From Podospora anserina (Eukaryota): a stretch of 64,000 nucleotides of DNA. This document shows positions 22,734 to 36,015 of the stretch, piece after piece. The notes under the pieces are model-generated. The model was not told where the DNA came from, ran no database searches, and saw nothing but the letters and a program-made list of their open reading frames with translations. Position numbers and translations under genes: made by a program. Position 1 is the first letter of the stretch. Each line of letters starts with the position of its first letter. Location: positions 2,108,001 to 2,172,000 of the forward strand of contig CM030333.1 in assembly GCA_017654855.1 (NCBI GenBank), given 5' to 3'.

Positions 22734-25700
22734 TTTTGGCTTTGTCGTCTTGAACCCCCAGACGCTCCAAAACAGTTGAGCAATTCGCCTTTTGCGACGA
22801 CAAACTTTGAGAAATCGGAGACAGCAGAACGGCTTGTCTCACTCCAAATGGTGTGCGATTTGCATGAAGGAGGGAAGGACCCAGGAACTCGGGACAGGCA
22901 TACGGCAGAGAATTGGGTGAGCTGCAACCTCCCTGCAGCTGAGGCGATGGTGCAATCCTCGGCGTCCATTTGTGGCGTTGTGTGCTAGCCGACTTTGGTG
23001 GTTTTTTCACCAGCTCTTTGTCTCCACTAGGGTTAGGGTTCAAACAACGTGGAAGCCCCCTTTCACGATTCAGGGGTTCTTTTATCCAGACGATGAGCTT
23101 CTTGACACCGAACCTTTTTATATAGAGTAAGACATCAAACTTCACCTTATCCAAACCGAATCTGCCAACCGCCACAGTTGACTCTACCGTCTAGTCAGCA
23201 TACCACCAGTACCATGCGCAAGCAACGACGCCTGCACCTTGGGAGACCTATGGAAGGTGAAGGAGCTATCCGGTGCCTTTTTCACATCCGACATCACCGT
23301 GACTTCGGAATTTTCTGTGTTGTGAAAAATAGATACATTGCTGAGCAGAAAAATGCGGTACCAGCGCCCGCGACAAGGCGCCATATGGTTCTTTCGTGAC
23401 GAGAGTCTACACACATAAAGAAGTCAATTGATATATCACAAACGCATCAACAACACCCGCCCTACAGGGTTGGAGGTGCTGGGGGACAATAAAAGTCACC
23501 GTCACCACCGGGTCAGCTAGGGCCATCCGCTTTGCAGGCCAGACCTCCCAAGTTCAAGATGTATTTCCCTCAGACTGGGTTCATCTTCTCTTATTGTAGG
23601 TGTAGCAACCGAGGCAGACTTTGTTATCTTGTCCTGCCTTTGCCCCGCCAAGTCGAGACCGAAGACAAGCCGGCCAACTACCTTGTCAATCAATAAGAGG
23701 ACATCAACACCGTTCCTCCTCGTGTAGCTTGGCAGAAATGACCTGTGAAGGATACGAAAAGCTCTCAAACCAAACGTCCCAAGTGAGCAACAATTTCCGC
23801 CCGTTCATGTCTTTTAACCCTATTTTATTTTACGAGGGAGTCTACAACGGCCTGACGCCCGCCGAACATTTGCATATATAACTTCCCCCATGATTATTCT
23901 TTCTTACCTTCATCCCATCTAAACTTTTACCTTCATTCCATCTGAGCTTTACCTTTACCTTATCTGAGCCCCTTTCTTTTCCCTCTTACTTAACTTTGAA
24001 AACCCCGCTCCCACAGGTTATGATGCCCTTCTTGCGCGTCCTTGTTTGATCAACGACAGTACGCCAGCTTTTTTCATAGCGACCACGTCCGGCGGAAGGG
24101 CGGATTTTCTTTCCATCGACCCTCCCCGATCACGACTACATTCACAGACGAGCTACAACGAGCGAGATGACACGGTGGTGGCTTTCTCCAAGACGTACCA
24201 TGGAGAACAACGCGACATCCCCAGACATGGATCCCAACTAGGAATAAAACCACACGGAAGCGATTCACGGTGTTCTTGCAGCAGACCAACGCGATGCCAG
24301 ACAAGAAGGACTACCACGCCGAACAGGTAGCTTGTGAGTTGATATAGTCTTGGTCGCGGCATTGGCCAACACCCCCAGTCACCGACCCTTATCACGAACT
24401 GTTCGTCAGTATCAACCTAGCATCAAATTTGGTCATGGAATTGCAGACCTCTTCACCTTTCCGTCCCCCGTGAAAAGTGATAATTTCGGGGACCCCGCTC
24501 AGTAGAACCAGTTCTTATTTTTGGATCGTGGGCCGAGACTAGAACATCGAGGAGTAGAAGCACGAATGGGGGAGAGCAGGGTGGTTACTTTTCCATAAGG
24601 TATCCAGGACGGCCGCTTGCTGCGAGGCATTTATACGGAGGGGATGTTGTCCAAGACTGTGGTAGGTTTCAAGGGGAAGGGGTTTGGCGGCTGATGGCAA
24701 GATTACCTGACATATCGGAAATAGAAAGGCACAGTTGGATGCGATATTGACTTTTCCCAGACTGTCAGCAAGGCTATCCCTATCTTCAACAGGCGTAACG
24801 CAAACATCTCGATCCTTCTGACCTACCTACCTCGTGCCCCAAGCCGTGATACTTTGCATGAGTTGTACCCGCGTCCGAGATAACCGCACGTGGAAATCAA
24901 AAAATCCCATCACTGCAGGCAATCAATTTTATCATTGGGGATGGTCCACGGATGTGGCCCGGTTGCCGTTACCCGGGCCGAGAGTTTGTCATTTGTAGCT
25001 TGATTTGTATTGGACAAGTGTGTGTGAGTGAGTGTGACGATCCATTTTCCCAATCTGTACCCCCAGGACCGCCGCATCATGGCCTGGAGGGCGGCTGTGA
25101 TGGCCCGTCTTGATGATTGTTAATAATGCAGCTAAGGCCGAAGATCTGATATCACATTATTAAAAAGAGCTGTGGGAATTGGAGATCTTTGTCTGCTATT
25201 CGTGTCGCTTTTGGTGAGGTGAAATAAGAAAAGCATACATGGGTGCCGTGGAAGCCATGAAGTGTTTCCACATTCCTTCCAGTCCAGTGAAGAGATAGGC
25301 TGACTTTCTTCTTGACCAATGCGAGCCCTCTTCCAAATCAGTGATTGATATCAGAACAATATGTATAGTTAACGATGTTGATCTTTGCCCATGTAATATC
25401 AAGATACAGCAAAGCAAGTCACGGTCAATCAACTACCTCCAAACCGGGAAAATGTCAATATAGATTGTGCCCAGCCTAGACAGGCGGGCCAATCATCCAC
25501 GAAAACTCCAATGAATGAGGTGCGGGGTTGAATAGGCCGGAAATATGAGAGGAGTAAACGTTGTAGGCTGTTCAAAAGTAAATAAATTGATTGCATCGCG
25601 GCAACCCCCCTTTCGCGGCTACCATGGCCACCGGCAGTTGTGTTCAGATCACTGCCTCCAACTGACTTCCATAACAGTTCTCTCCATTATCATAGAACTG

Positions 25701-25976
25701 AAACGGACCGAGATCCACTCGTTTGTTATTGCTGATCGATGAGATGCACCAAGGCATATGGGTGCTGCGGCGGTCCCAGTTTGTAGCCCTTGGCGGGCTG
25801 GCCCGATACAGGGGAGGGGAAGACGTGGTATTTGAGCCTTCAATAAAGACTGCCATGGTGCTTCCAGATTTCCCTGACATATTTTGCTTCCCTTTGACTG
25901 TCAGGTGTTGTTGACTTCTTCACGCGTGTGCCAAGCTTACCCCTGAACCTTCGAGATAAAAGGAGACAAAGACAAG

Positions 25977-27153
25977 ATGCACTGGAGCTCCGCTGCAGCT
26001 CTTGCGCTGGTCGCTCCGGCGTCAGCCCTGCTTCGATTCGGCTGTTCTCAGTTGGTCGTTGAGCGAACCGATCCCCTCGTCAACCCCGGCGTGGCACCAT
26101 CTCCGCATCTTCATCAGATTATCGGTGGTGTAAGACACTCCGACAACAGAGCAAGGATACATACTGACACGTACCAGAATGCCTTCAATATTTCCATGGA
26201 AGCCGCTGCCGGTGATATCGCCAAGAAGGCGACTTGCACAACTTGCCAATTCTCCGAAGACTTTTCCAACTACTGGACAGCAGTGTTGTTCTTCAAGGCG
26301 AGAAATGGAAGCGTCCATCGAGTACCGCAGATTCCCAACGCTGGCTTCGAAGGTTCCAATGGTGGTATGACTGTTTATTACATGCAAGACGGCCTGGTCA
26401 ACTACCAGCAAACTTCCAAGGTGACGGCGTTCAAGACTGGCTTCCGTATGCTCATCGGCGAGGCCATGTACCGCAACCGAGCCCAGGCATCCAAGTTCCG
26501 TCAAATCACCTACACCTGCCTCAAGACTTTTGGCACGCGTTATCCCGAGACAATGGATTTCCCCAAGGAGCCATGCAACTTCGGAATTATGTCCAACGTT
26601 CGTTTCCCAACCTGTTGGGACGGAAAGAATCTTGACTCTCCCGATCACATGGCGCACATGTCATATCCCGAGTCTGGAACCTTCGAAGGCGGTGGTCCTT
26701 GCCCAGCTTCGCACCCAGTGCGTGTGCCTCAGCTCATGTACGAGGTTATCTGGGACACAAGGCAGTTCAACAACAAGGACTTATGGCCCGAGGATGGGTC
26801 TCAGCCTTTCCTGTGGTCGATGGATGATTCGTAAGTTCTTCGGCCGGCCTGATGTGAATTGCACACAGCTGACATGTTGATAGGACTGGCTTCGGATCGC
26901 ATGGTGACTACATGTTTGGCTGGTTGGACGACTCGCTACAGCGTGCCATGGACAGTCCCTGCTACGTCAACTGCCCGACCCTCAAGAGCCAGAGCATCTC
27001 GGCGATGAACCAGTGCTCAGTACCGACCGTGGTCGACGAGCCCATCAATGGCTGTAAGTGGAATCTCGTGAGCTGTTCCTGCGGTGCTTGATGGCAGCTG
27101 ACAATTCTTTGACAGGGCTCAAAGCACTTCCCGGCGCTGCGGAGGAATCTTAG
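25977..27153 (+). CDS. Secreted DUF1996 domain protein
   Basis: Signal peptide; motifs ERTDPLVNPG...HLHQIIGG, CTTCQFSEDFSNYW, FPTCWDGKNLDSPDH and HGDYMFGW. Introns 26130-26177, 26831-26883 and 27054-27115. Confidence 0.93.
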
Positions 27154-28458
27154 TCGATGTAGAGGATGCGGAGATAGAGGGGCTGCCGCAGCCTGGGTTC
27201 GGGCATTTTCCTGCAATATACGTCAGAGACAGAGTCAGAGACACTTTTTTACCATAATGAAGACCGAGTGTCCCCTATGTTTCGGGTGATGGCCATCCCT
27301 GGTCTCAAAAGTGATGCCATATTGAACACGTTATTCCTGGTACAACATGGTGTTCTTTTGTTCCGAGAACTCGAGTGGTTCAAGCCTTGAGCATTGTTTC
27401 ACAAAAGCCAGAGTTACCGACAAGCTGGCAGTGCAGTGCACGAGAACACAACGTTGCTGCTGCAGAAAAACGTGTGATTCTGTCCAAACGACGGGCTGGT
27501 GATGTCCGTACCCGAGGTGAGGTGGAAGACGAGAATAGAACAGAAGGGGCGAGATGCCTCAACGCCAGATCGAATCGACACCCAATTGCAGCCCAGGTCT
27601 GTGATGATCATTGCTGCAGCCTGAAGTGCTGTTAGCGACTGCAAGGAACCATGGTCTCCGACCCGGCAATGACTGACTCCTTCGATCCGCTGGTATCCGG
27701 TGAGCCGGCCCTTTTGACTACTCAATTCTTGGTTGTGGCGTGTTGAAGGAGAGCAGCTTTCCATGCTCGACCGAGCACTCCGCGGTTGATGATGCCCTGG
27801 CGGAGACCGCGGTGGGCATCCAGCGCAACGTAGCACTGGCAATGGCCGTGGGCTGCCCCACCCCTCGGGCGCGCCCCACCGCTGGCGATGGCCTGGCATC
27901 CGGCTGCGGCACAGCAGCTTTTGTGGAATTCAGCGCGGTTGCAACAGTGACGTCTTGTGACGACGGGCCAGCCACTGGAATACGAAGTTCTTCAATCTAC
28001 AATGTTTGCATCCGCTGTCACCTCTCTGCAAGAGCGGATAACTACACACTCGTTCTTTGGGCCCTTTTCTCCAATCACACTGAGCTTCTAGCCAGGTCCC
28101 ACAGTTCACCGACTTCTGGCATTACACTACACACGAGAAGATCTGCAGCCTCAAGGCCGCTTAGGGAACCTCGCGCCCCTCGCCTCGTTTGTGCAAATCT
28201 CATGGCGCAGCTCTATTGACGGCCTACCACTCCGAGCAACTGGGTCCATGATGCCGAGGTGAAATTGACGGTGAGGGAGGGGAAGCCTGGAACTTGGAAC
28301 GGAATATAAGCCGGACATATTCCCGGCCAGAGCCAAATATTCAGAACCAACATTCCAGTCACTTCAAGTGGATCAAAACACCATCACAGATTCAGTCACC
28401 ATATTTCTCAACCTTCTCAACTCTCAACACCACACATACCATTTAACTTCGCTCCACA

Positions 28459-29097
28459 ATGCATCTCACTTCCGTCCTCTCCCTTGCGGCACTCCCCCTC
28501 CTCACCTCGGCCTCCCCCATCTCCACCAGGCAAACTACCTCAAACGGGACCTCTTGCTCCAACACCTCCTTCAAGGACTTCCAATGGCAGGCATCCAACT
28601 TTGACTTTCACGCCTCATTCATTTTTAGCACCCCCGCACACCAAAACTCCTGGGGCTACGCCTCCTTCGACCTCTTCAACCCCGCCGATAAGAGCACAGT
28701 TCAATGTTCTGCCGCTAGCAACCAGATCAATGACTTCTTCTACGGCACCATTCAATACAGCTGCAACGACACCCTCCGCGGAGGCTCCACTAAGTTTGAC
28801 TTCAACAGGCCTTCCGGCGAGTTGAGAGTGGAACAGAGCTGGACCTGCAGAGACCAGGACCCGCAGTACCCGTAAGCCGTTGCCATTTTGCACATTGACT
28901 TGGGTTAATTGAGTTCTAACATGATAAACAGCATCACATTCACTGCCAAGGGCTCAGCAAACGTCACCCTCGGCTGCACCGAGGACTTTTACCAGAATGC
29001 CAACTGGACTATGGGCGACATTTACTCTAGGAGAACGATCACCTGCGGCAAGGTCGACTCGGCCGTCGTCCCCTATGAGATCTCAGCTATTGCCTGA
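28459..29097 (+). CDS. Secreted AltA1 (AA1-like) family protein
   Basis: Signal peptide; DFHASFIFSTPAHQNSWGY motif and spaced cysteines. Intron 28872-28931 joins into ITFTAKGS. Confidence 0.8.
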
Positions 29098-29742
29098 TTT
29101 TGACTGCGCTCAACATTGAAGGCGGGGCAGCGATGATATTGATGACGGGATGAGGATATGAAAATAGACAATGTACATGGCTTGAGTACGGTACAAATGG
29201 CAGACGACGACGATGTTTTATCTGTTTTCTTTTTGTTCGCATACCATAGAGAGGAGGATTATGTTTCTCGGTTGATGAAAAGTTGGGTTAGTTAATGCTT
29301 AATGAGATGAAAGAAGCTTATTACATAAACCGACCTAAGCTGTGACATCACCACTTCACAAGCGCCATTTGATCGAGTTTCTTGCACTAGGGTACCTGAG
29401 ATCGATCGAGGTTGATCTGACAGATGGAACACGATTTCATTCTAACTAAAGATCTTGGGACAATCTGCGAGATATGCAAGCCCTTGAACTATATCCGCGC
29501 CGTTGGTAAGCCGGTTCTGTTTTGCGATCTGTCCGGCCAGAACTCTGCTTCAAATCGACGTCATGTACTGACGGCATTGAGTGCAAGCGTATTGAGAGAG
29601 TGTTTGAAGAATTGAGCAGTTGTAATGTCCTCTCCGTATGAATAACGGACCATTCCTAACAATATATGAGATCTCATTGTCACCAGACTACGCAAATTCA
29701 TCCACACTCATATTTTACTACCCTATTTATCAACTCACTAAA

Positions 29743-30126
29743 ATGACCAAACCCCTCCGCCAAATCGCCGCCGAGAAGCTCATCGGCCCCAATGCCAATC
29801 CCTCCCAGCTTGGTGATCCGATTTCACTAAAGACAGAGACGAATGATGCGAACTCTAACCCAAGGGGTGAGCCGGAGAACAAGCAAGACTTTTCCAAAAC
29901 CGAGAGTAAAGTCCCAGAGTCGTCAGGTGGAAGCCATGAGGAAAGGATGCTGAGGGGAGAGGGGCCAAAGGGACATCATGTGAGCGGGATGATGACTGAT
30001 GAGATTCGGCAAGGGAAGAGGGGAGCTCGGGGCATGACTATGGAGGGGGATGCTACTAGTGTGAAGAGGGTGGAGGTTGTTGGGGATGCGACGAAGGGTG
30101 GGAGGGGGAAGGGGTCGAAGTTGTGA
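29743..30126 (+). CDS. Small hydrophilic conserved hypothetical protein
   Basis: NANPSQLGDPISLKTET resembles a motif of small fungal proteins. Ends in SKL, a possible PTS1 peroxisomal signal. ATG is in an AAAATG context. Confidence 0.7.
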   Translation: MTKPLRQIAAEKLIGPNANPSQLGDPISLKTETNDANSNPRGEPENKQDFSKTESKVPESSGGSHEERMLRGEGPKGHHVSGMMTDEIRQGKRGARGMTMEGDATSVKRVEVVGDATKGGRGKGSKL

Positions 30127-30859
30127 AAGATTGCCAGAAATGGAGAGGATGATTGGAATGAGAAAGTGTCAACGTCAAGGGTTCGAGATATATGAAACTA
30201 AGGCTGGTGGTGAGGCTGTGTGCTAAAGAAAGGAAGTGATCGCCAGATGCTTGGAAAAGTTGTGGTGAATTGCTACGCCGTATTCAGGCTCAAACAAATA
30301 ACCACTCCAAGCAAAAGTTTGTAACACTGCAGAGCTGGTTAGGATATTAATGCGCCTGGTGCTGTGACCTCTGCCATTGAATGATGATTGGTGACTCGGT
30401 GAAGACGCTGGCTAACAGGGTGCCACAGTCCTCGGGGGCGGCCCGGCCCGGAAAAGCAAACACGATAGCTTGGAGCACAGCTTTGTTGATTATCGTGCTT
30501 CAGTCTTCGAGCTAATCTCCCATTGTCAACACTGTTCGACATTTTTTGGGCCTCAACATGCATGCATGCGTACTTTAATTAGAGACTACCCCTGATGTAT
30601 ACCAAGTTACCTCACCGATCGTTAGTTCGGGGGGGCGGTGTGCAGATATCATTGATAATACGGGTATCCAGTTGAGTTCTTCATGGGCCTTTGCTAGCTG
30701 TGCAGTTGAAAATGAGGCTCCGGAACTCCCGTTATACCTCCCAATGCAGCTGGGTGAGGACATAGCAGGGGACATGTACCGCCCATATAATGATCTGTTC
30801 CCGACCACTGGTTTGGAGCGTTCTGTTGCTCTCTTATAGCCTCCAAGCATTTCTAAGAC

Positions 30860-33800
30860 ATGGAACCCATAACTCCTTACCGTCCATACCTTTTGCGCCT
30901 TTGGTTCTTGGTGGCCCTAGTGCTTGTCACAACAGCCTCTCTGGGACTGGTCGAATATTCCCTCCACCAACTTCTATCAACTGCTGATCTCAGCAGCGCG
31001 GTTGTGGCTGGCTCAGACTACAACTCGACCTCCTCTACACCTTCCTTCTCTCCGTCAGTCGCTCGCAAGACAACCGTAACCCGTACGACACTTGCCTATA
31101 TCAACGCAACAGTGCAGATACCACATGCAAAAGCGACCCGAGGTATGATGCGCACTGAAACCAGTGAAAATACACACATCTCCAAGCGAGCCGGACGCCA
31201 GGATTCCACTAACCCAAGGGTTACCAGATGGTAAGTTGAACCTCCAGGTTATGTGCTCTTTCTCTTCCATCCATACAAGAAGTACTAATGCATCGGTTTC
31301 AGGAACCCACGTCCCACACAAAGGCCTTGGAATCCAGAAAGGAACTCTCCAAAAGACTTGAGCATAGTGGCAGAATGTTCAGAACCCCCCACTCCCCGGG
31401 CATCTGGAGATTGTGCCATAATACTTGACCCCAGTGTAATGAGTGTACCCGCCTATATAAGTCCAATCGGTTCAGCATGGGGTGGATGGGTGAACATTGG
31501 ATTGCCTGCAACATTGCTCCTTACGCCTCGTCCTCCCAAGACTCTCGCACCCACAGCAACTAGCTACCCCGAAATCGAAACTGAAACAGTGGTGGAAACT
31601 CTGACAGTATATTACCCTGAAAGTTATCTCGACGACAGACCTGCTCCCGATACCGAGGTGGTCTACCCCGAAACCAAGATTGCTACTGAGATAGCGCTTC
31701 CCACCACCGAGACAACTTTCACCGATGCAGTTCCTAACATTCAGACCGTTCCCAACCCTGAAATGATCTTTACCACCACAGTCTCCAGTCAAGAGACTGA
31801 GCTTTCTTCCACTGAAATAGGATCCACCGAAGGGGTCGTCAGCATTGAGACGGTTCCTGATCCCGAAGTAGCTCCCACGCAAGTGGTAGGCAACGAGACT
31901 CCCTCACCTGAGGGGATATCCACAGAAGCAATCTTCACCATTCAGACCGTTCCCAACCCCGATATATCTCCCACTTCCACTCAGTCGGCAGGTATTAGCA
32001 CAGTTTTCACTGAGAGGCCATCCATCAACGTAGTCCTCAGCATTCATACAGTTCCCAACCCCGGAATTATTCCCAAACAGATGCAGCCCAAAGCAGCAGA
32101 AAGCACCATTATTTCCGATTTAGAGGCAATGGATAAAGAATACACCGAAACAAACAGGCTGTTTACCAGCTGGTCACCCACTGTGCACGCCACTGCCCCC
32201 CGGCATTCAGCATCACTGAAAAACTGGTCAACCTCTGACACGTCCTGGCAGTTACTTACCCCCGCAAATGCCATAATAATCACTAGTACTTCAACACCCT
32301 CAGTACCTACTCTAAGAGGGTCATCTCAACTGGGTACTCCAGAGTCTTTCATGTCCACAAGCACTGTTCCAACACCGAGGACAGGGGGCTCGACAACAAC
32401 TGGCTCACTGGAATACTCAACATTCTCAAAGGCCATAATAAGCCCCATCATCACTTCATCTGTTTCACCTAATGAGGAAAGTTCCACAAGCGGAAACGGC
32501 TCATACATTGTTTATGTATTGACACCAGAAGCTTACTTTCTTGGATCCTTTGCTCCTCTCATATTCGCCATCCTCTTCTATCTACCGTGGGCCAGTTTAG
32601 ATGCAGTTGCAAAGAGGATGGAGCCGTTTTACCGACTGAGCAGCTCCAAGGGCGCAGTAGCATCCGAGTCCCTGAACGTTTCCTACGAAAGCCAAGTACC
32701 CTTGGTCGGGCAGCTCTGGATTTCACTTATCCGAAGACACTGGGTTGTATCACTCACCTCTTTTCTGGTCATATTATGCCAGGTCTTGATGGCACTTTCA
32801 CCAGAAGTAATCCGAATATCTGTGATAGGGACCGACTGCCGTGCGAACGTTGCATGTCCTGGGGTATTGAGCGTGTCGACAGCGCCTGCCAGGGCAATGG
32901 AAGCTATGTTGCTCGTCATGATTATTTGCACTGCGGTGCTTGCAGGGCAGCTTTGGAACCGACGATCCCAGCTATACTCGGAACCTTTCAGTCTTGCTGG
33001 CACGGCAACTCTGGTGGCGAATGATGGCTCCTTCTTGCAGCTATTTCGGCAGGTGGACTCCCAGTCTCTGACGTCGGATGGCAAGGGATTGGAGAAAGCA
33101 TTGGGAAAAAACACGCGATACCGCGTCACAGTATACAAAAATGAGCTAGGGGCAGCACAAAATGGCATTGTTTTGGAGCCACCGCACACGACCTCCCAAG
33201 CCTTTCCGGCCACCACAACTCCTGCATCTGGCGTCAAATTCCTTCCAGTAAAACGGTCAAATCCCCTTATATTGGAATTATGTCTCCTTTTTCTCATCAT
33301 CGTCATCATTCTGCCGATAATAATCTGGTATTATCTTAACAACGACCAAAACCATCCGCTTGAGCAATTCCTGAGCGGCCAGGACTTTGGAGTCAGGTTC
33401 CTTTTCGCGGCAATAGGCATCCTCATCGACGAGCTTTGGAAGAACATTTTTTCAAGTATGCGTCCCTTCCTTTTCATGCACTTTTGCCTATACTAACATG
33501 AGCAAACTCACCTTCTAGAGCTCAGTATTCTTGTACCATACATCAATATGTCCAATCCCAATACCGCGGCAAAGCCCCAAGACTCGATGCTTTTCGAACC
33601 TCCTTTTTCACCATTGACCGCTCTCTTTCACAAAAGCACATATCGCTCGTTGCCATTAACGATTGTCACCATGAATGCGAATATGGCCCTGATTCTTACG
33701 GTATATTTAGCCAACATCCCCTTCAGCAACGATAAAGCGAGAGTGGCGTGGGTAGCATCATGCTATTTCAGTTTGGCAATCTTTGGGCTCATGATCATAA

Positions 33801-34126
33801 GCATTATCGCCCTCATGATCCTGATTCGAGCCCCTGAGACGCCCCTGGCGCCAGACACCATCGCCGCGCGGCTCTACTATCTGTCTGCGGGACTCACGAT
33901 CGCTTCTCGGTTCGGGCCATTTTCAACGTTGAATACTGGGGACAGGGATAGGGCCATCACCAAATGTGACGCGGGTTTGACGGGTTATCGCTTTGGTTGG
34001 TTGGCTTACCCAAGCCAAAGCTCGAGTCAGAGCCAGTCACGGCCCTCTCAAAGGACAAGGGGAGTCAATCAGAGACATGACAGGATGGTTTTGGGGATTG
34101 AGTCAACAAGGGTATTGACTCGTTGA
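30860..34126 (+). CDS. DUF3433-like multi-pass membrane protein with a Ser/Thr-rich extracellular region
   Basis: Exons 30860-31230, 31303-33455 and 33519-34126 splice in frame. Motifs YFLGSFAPLIFAIL..PW, KRMEPFYRLS..GA.ASESL, FLSGQDFGVRFLF, LANIPFS and PDTIAARLYYL. Confidence 0.82.
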
Positions 34127-34306
34127 ATGGCCGAGGATTGTGATGATATATCGCGGGCGATACTCTATTGTTACCTATCGTGGTTTGTAAAGCAATAAAC
34201 TCGTCTTGTTGCACAACGCAGGGCAAAAAATTCAGGTGCCGTAATCAGCGCCGAAAGCTAAACTACCAAATTCATACTTTGATTCAGAAAAGATCGAAGG
34301 ACTGCC

Positions 34307-35572
34307 ATGAGCGGATCTTTCCCTGCCCAGACTGGGTCTCCCTTGGCCTCGACCAAGGCTCCCTCGTCCAAGGATAAATCTTCCTCGACCAAAACCCGAT
34401 CTTCCTCCAGTGCATTCCCGAGCGAGTTTTCCTCCAGCGGATTTTTGAGCGAAGGTTCCGTTACCCAAAGCGGTCCTCGGACTTGGGTGCCTGGCCGTGA
34501 GTCCACGCTCGAGAAAAGAATATTGCGTAAAATCAGACAGCACAACGACCGAGGCGACACCGATGCCAAGATCATCGTCAATTTTGTTATCGATTTTGAC
34601 CATGATCAGTATATCAAAAGCCACAAGAAGGGCGCGGACACCGACTTAAACTGGGCCTACACACTCACAGGCTTCAGGAACATTGTCCAGGCATCAACCG
34701 CGCTCGACTACATGAGCCAGACATGGCCCCAAACAGGCGCCCGACTGTACAGCTATCTAGACTTGCGCTTACGTCAATCTTCGTACCACAGATTTCGTGT
34801 GCAGTTCGCTGGAAATGGGGGTGCAAACATCACCGTGCACCTCGACAAGGAAACACCAGACCTTGAAGCGGAAACATGCCATCTATCCATCACAGCCAGT
34901 GGTCACCAAAACCTTGTAGCCTCGGTGGCTAGCCAAATCGCTTGGTTCTGTGGCGCGTTCAGAAAATCGCCCGAAGATGGTCTCATCTACTGCAAACCGA
35001 CGGTCAGTGAGACGCTTCATTTTGATTCTTCGGACTCGTCGAGCGATGACAGCATGAGATTTAATATTGGTTACATCGACACGCCCATCGACGGGTCCGA
35101 CCTTGACGTGCCACGAACCTGCTGGAATGGCCTTTTTATTGACCAACCTCATTCTCGGATTGTGTGCGGATACCCAATCCGTGTTCAGCCAGGGTATGCG
35201 TTCAACTCAACAAGCGTGCCTTTGACGGGGTTGGAGATAACGTGGAAGATCATCATGAGGATTCGTGAGGACGAGACGCCGGTTGGGAGGCCTCAGAACC
35301 TGGCAACCACGCCGGTTGTTGTTCATGGGAAGTGTTTTTTTCTTATCTCCAAGGTGTTGAACAAGGGAGTGGTGTTTTGGCATTTGGAGCGGCGGTGTGA
35401 TCATGAGGGGTCTGAGTTCAGGCTTGATAACTTGCCTCGTCCGGAGGTGAGCAGTGACTTCGACTTTGACCAGCTAGAGAATTACAGGCACTTCATTGGG
35501 GGGGAGTGTGGGGTGAGGAAGCTTTTTGTCATTGAGGGGCGGTTGCAGGAGGGCTTTACTTGCCCCGATTGA
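34307..35572 (+). CDS. Hypothetical protein with an uncharacterised fungal domain (TLTG..VQA....YM.QTWP family); paralog A
   Basis: 421-aa single-exon ORF with TLTGFRNIVQASTALDYMSQTWP, SQIAWFCGAFR, GYPIR...GLEITW and FWHL...YRHFIG. Confidence 0.75.
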   Translation: MSGSFPAQTGSPLASTKAPSSKDKSSSTKTRSSSSAFPSEFSSSGFLSEGSVTQSGPRTWVPGRESTLEKRILRKIRQHNDRGDTDAKIIVNFVIDFDHDQYIKSHKKGADTDLNWAYTLTGFRNIVQASTALDYMSQTWPQTGARLYSYLDLRLRQSSYHRFRVQFAGNGGANITVHLDKETPDLEAETCHLSITASGHQNLVASVASQIAWFCGAFRKSPEDGLIYCKPTVSETLHFDSSDSSSDDSMRFNIGYIDTPIDGSDLDVPRTCWNGLFIDQPHSRIVCGYPIRVQPGYAFNSTSVPLTGLEITWKIIMRIREDETPVGRPQNLATTPVVVHGKCFFLISKVLNKGVVFWHLERRCDHEGSEFRLDNLPRPEVSSDFDFDQLENYRHFIGGECGVRKLFVIEGRLQEGFTCPD

Positions 35573-36015
35573 TAGGGATACTTTAGAGGGCAGAATTGGT
35601 CCCGGGGGAGTAGGTACAAAGGTTGTATTCCCATCATATTTTGTCTCCTTCTCTGTGGCACTTTCAAAGCACGTTCTATGTAAAACAAATCATTCAACAG
35701 GTTGAAGATCGGTTCCTCATGCTAATGATTCAACAATGAGTAACGCTGTTATCCCATCAGACTCAGGGCCGACCTTACAAAGCATGTCATTCGACACACA
35801 ATTTACTCTGGCATCTGTTGATTGCTGGTCTGACTCACTCAGTGATGTAATGTTTTCCGTCGCATTTCCAAATGTATGAAATGGGTGCCAACAGAATGAT
35901 TGACTTCCACTGCATACTTTCCAGTGTTGTCCCAAATCAGTGTCCCCATTTGAACTCGACTATTCATTGTATCAAACATTTCCCCCATCAATGAGCAAAG
36001 AAGCCAGAGTTCAGC

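Noticed and set aside
23738..24330. Possible spliced mini-gene (GTGAGC 23783 to CAG 24017)
   Set aside because: The spliced product is only about 25 aa and the alternative frame has no recognisable homology.
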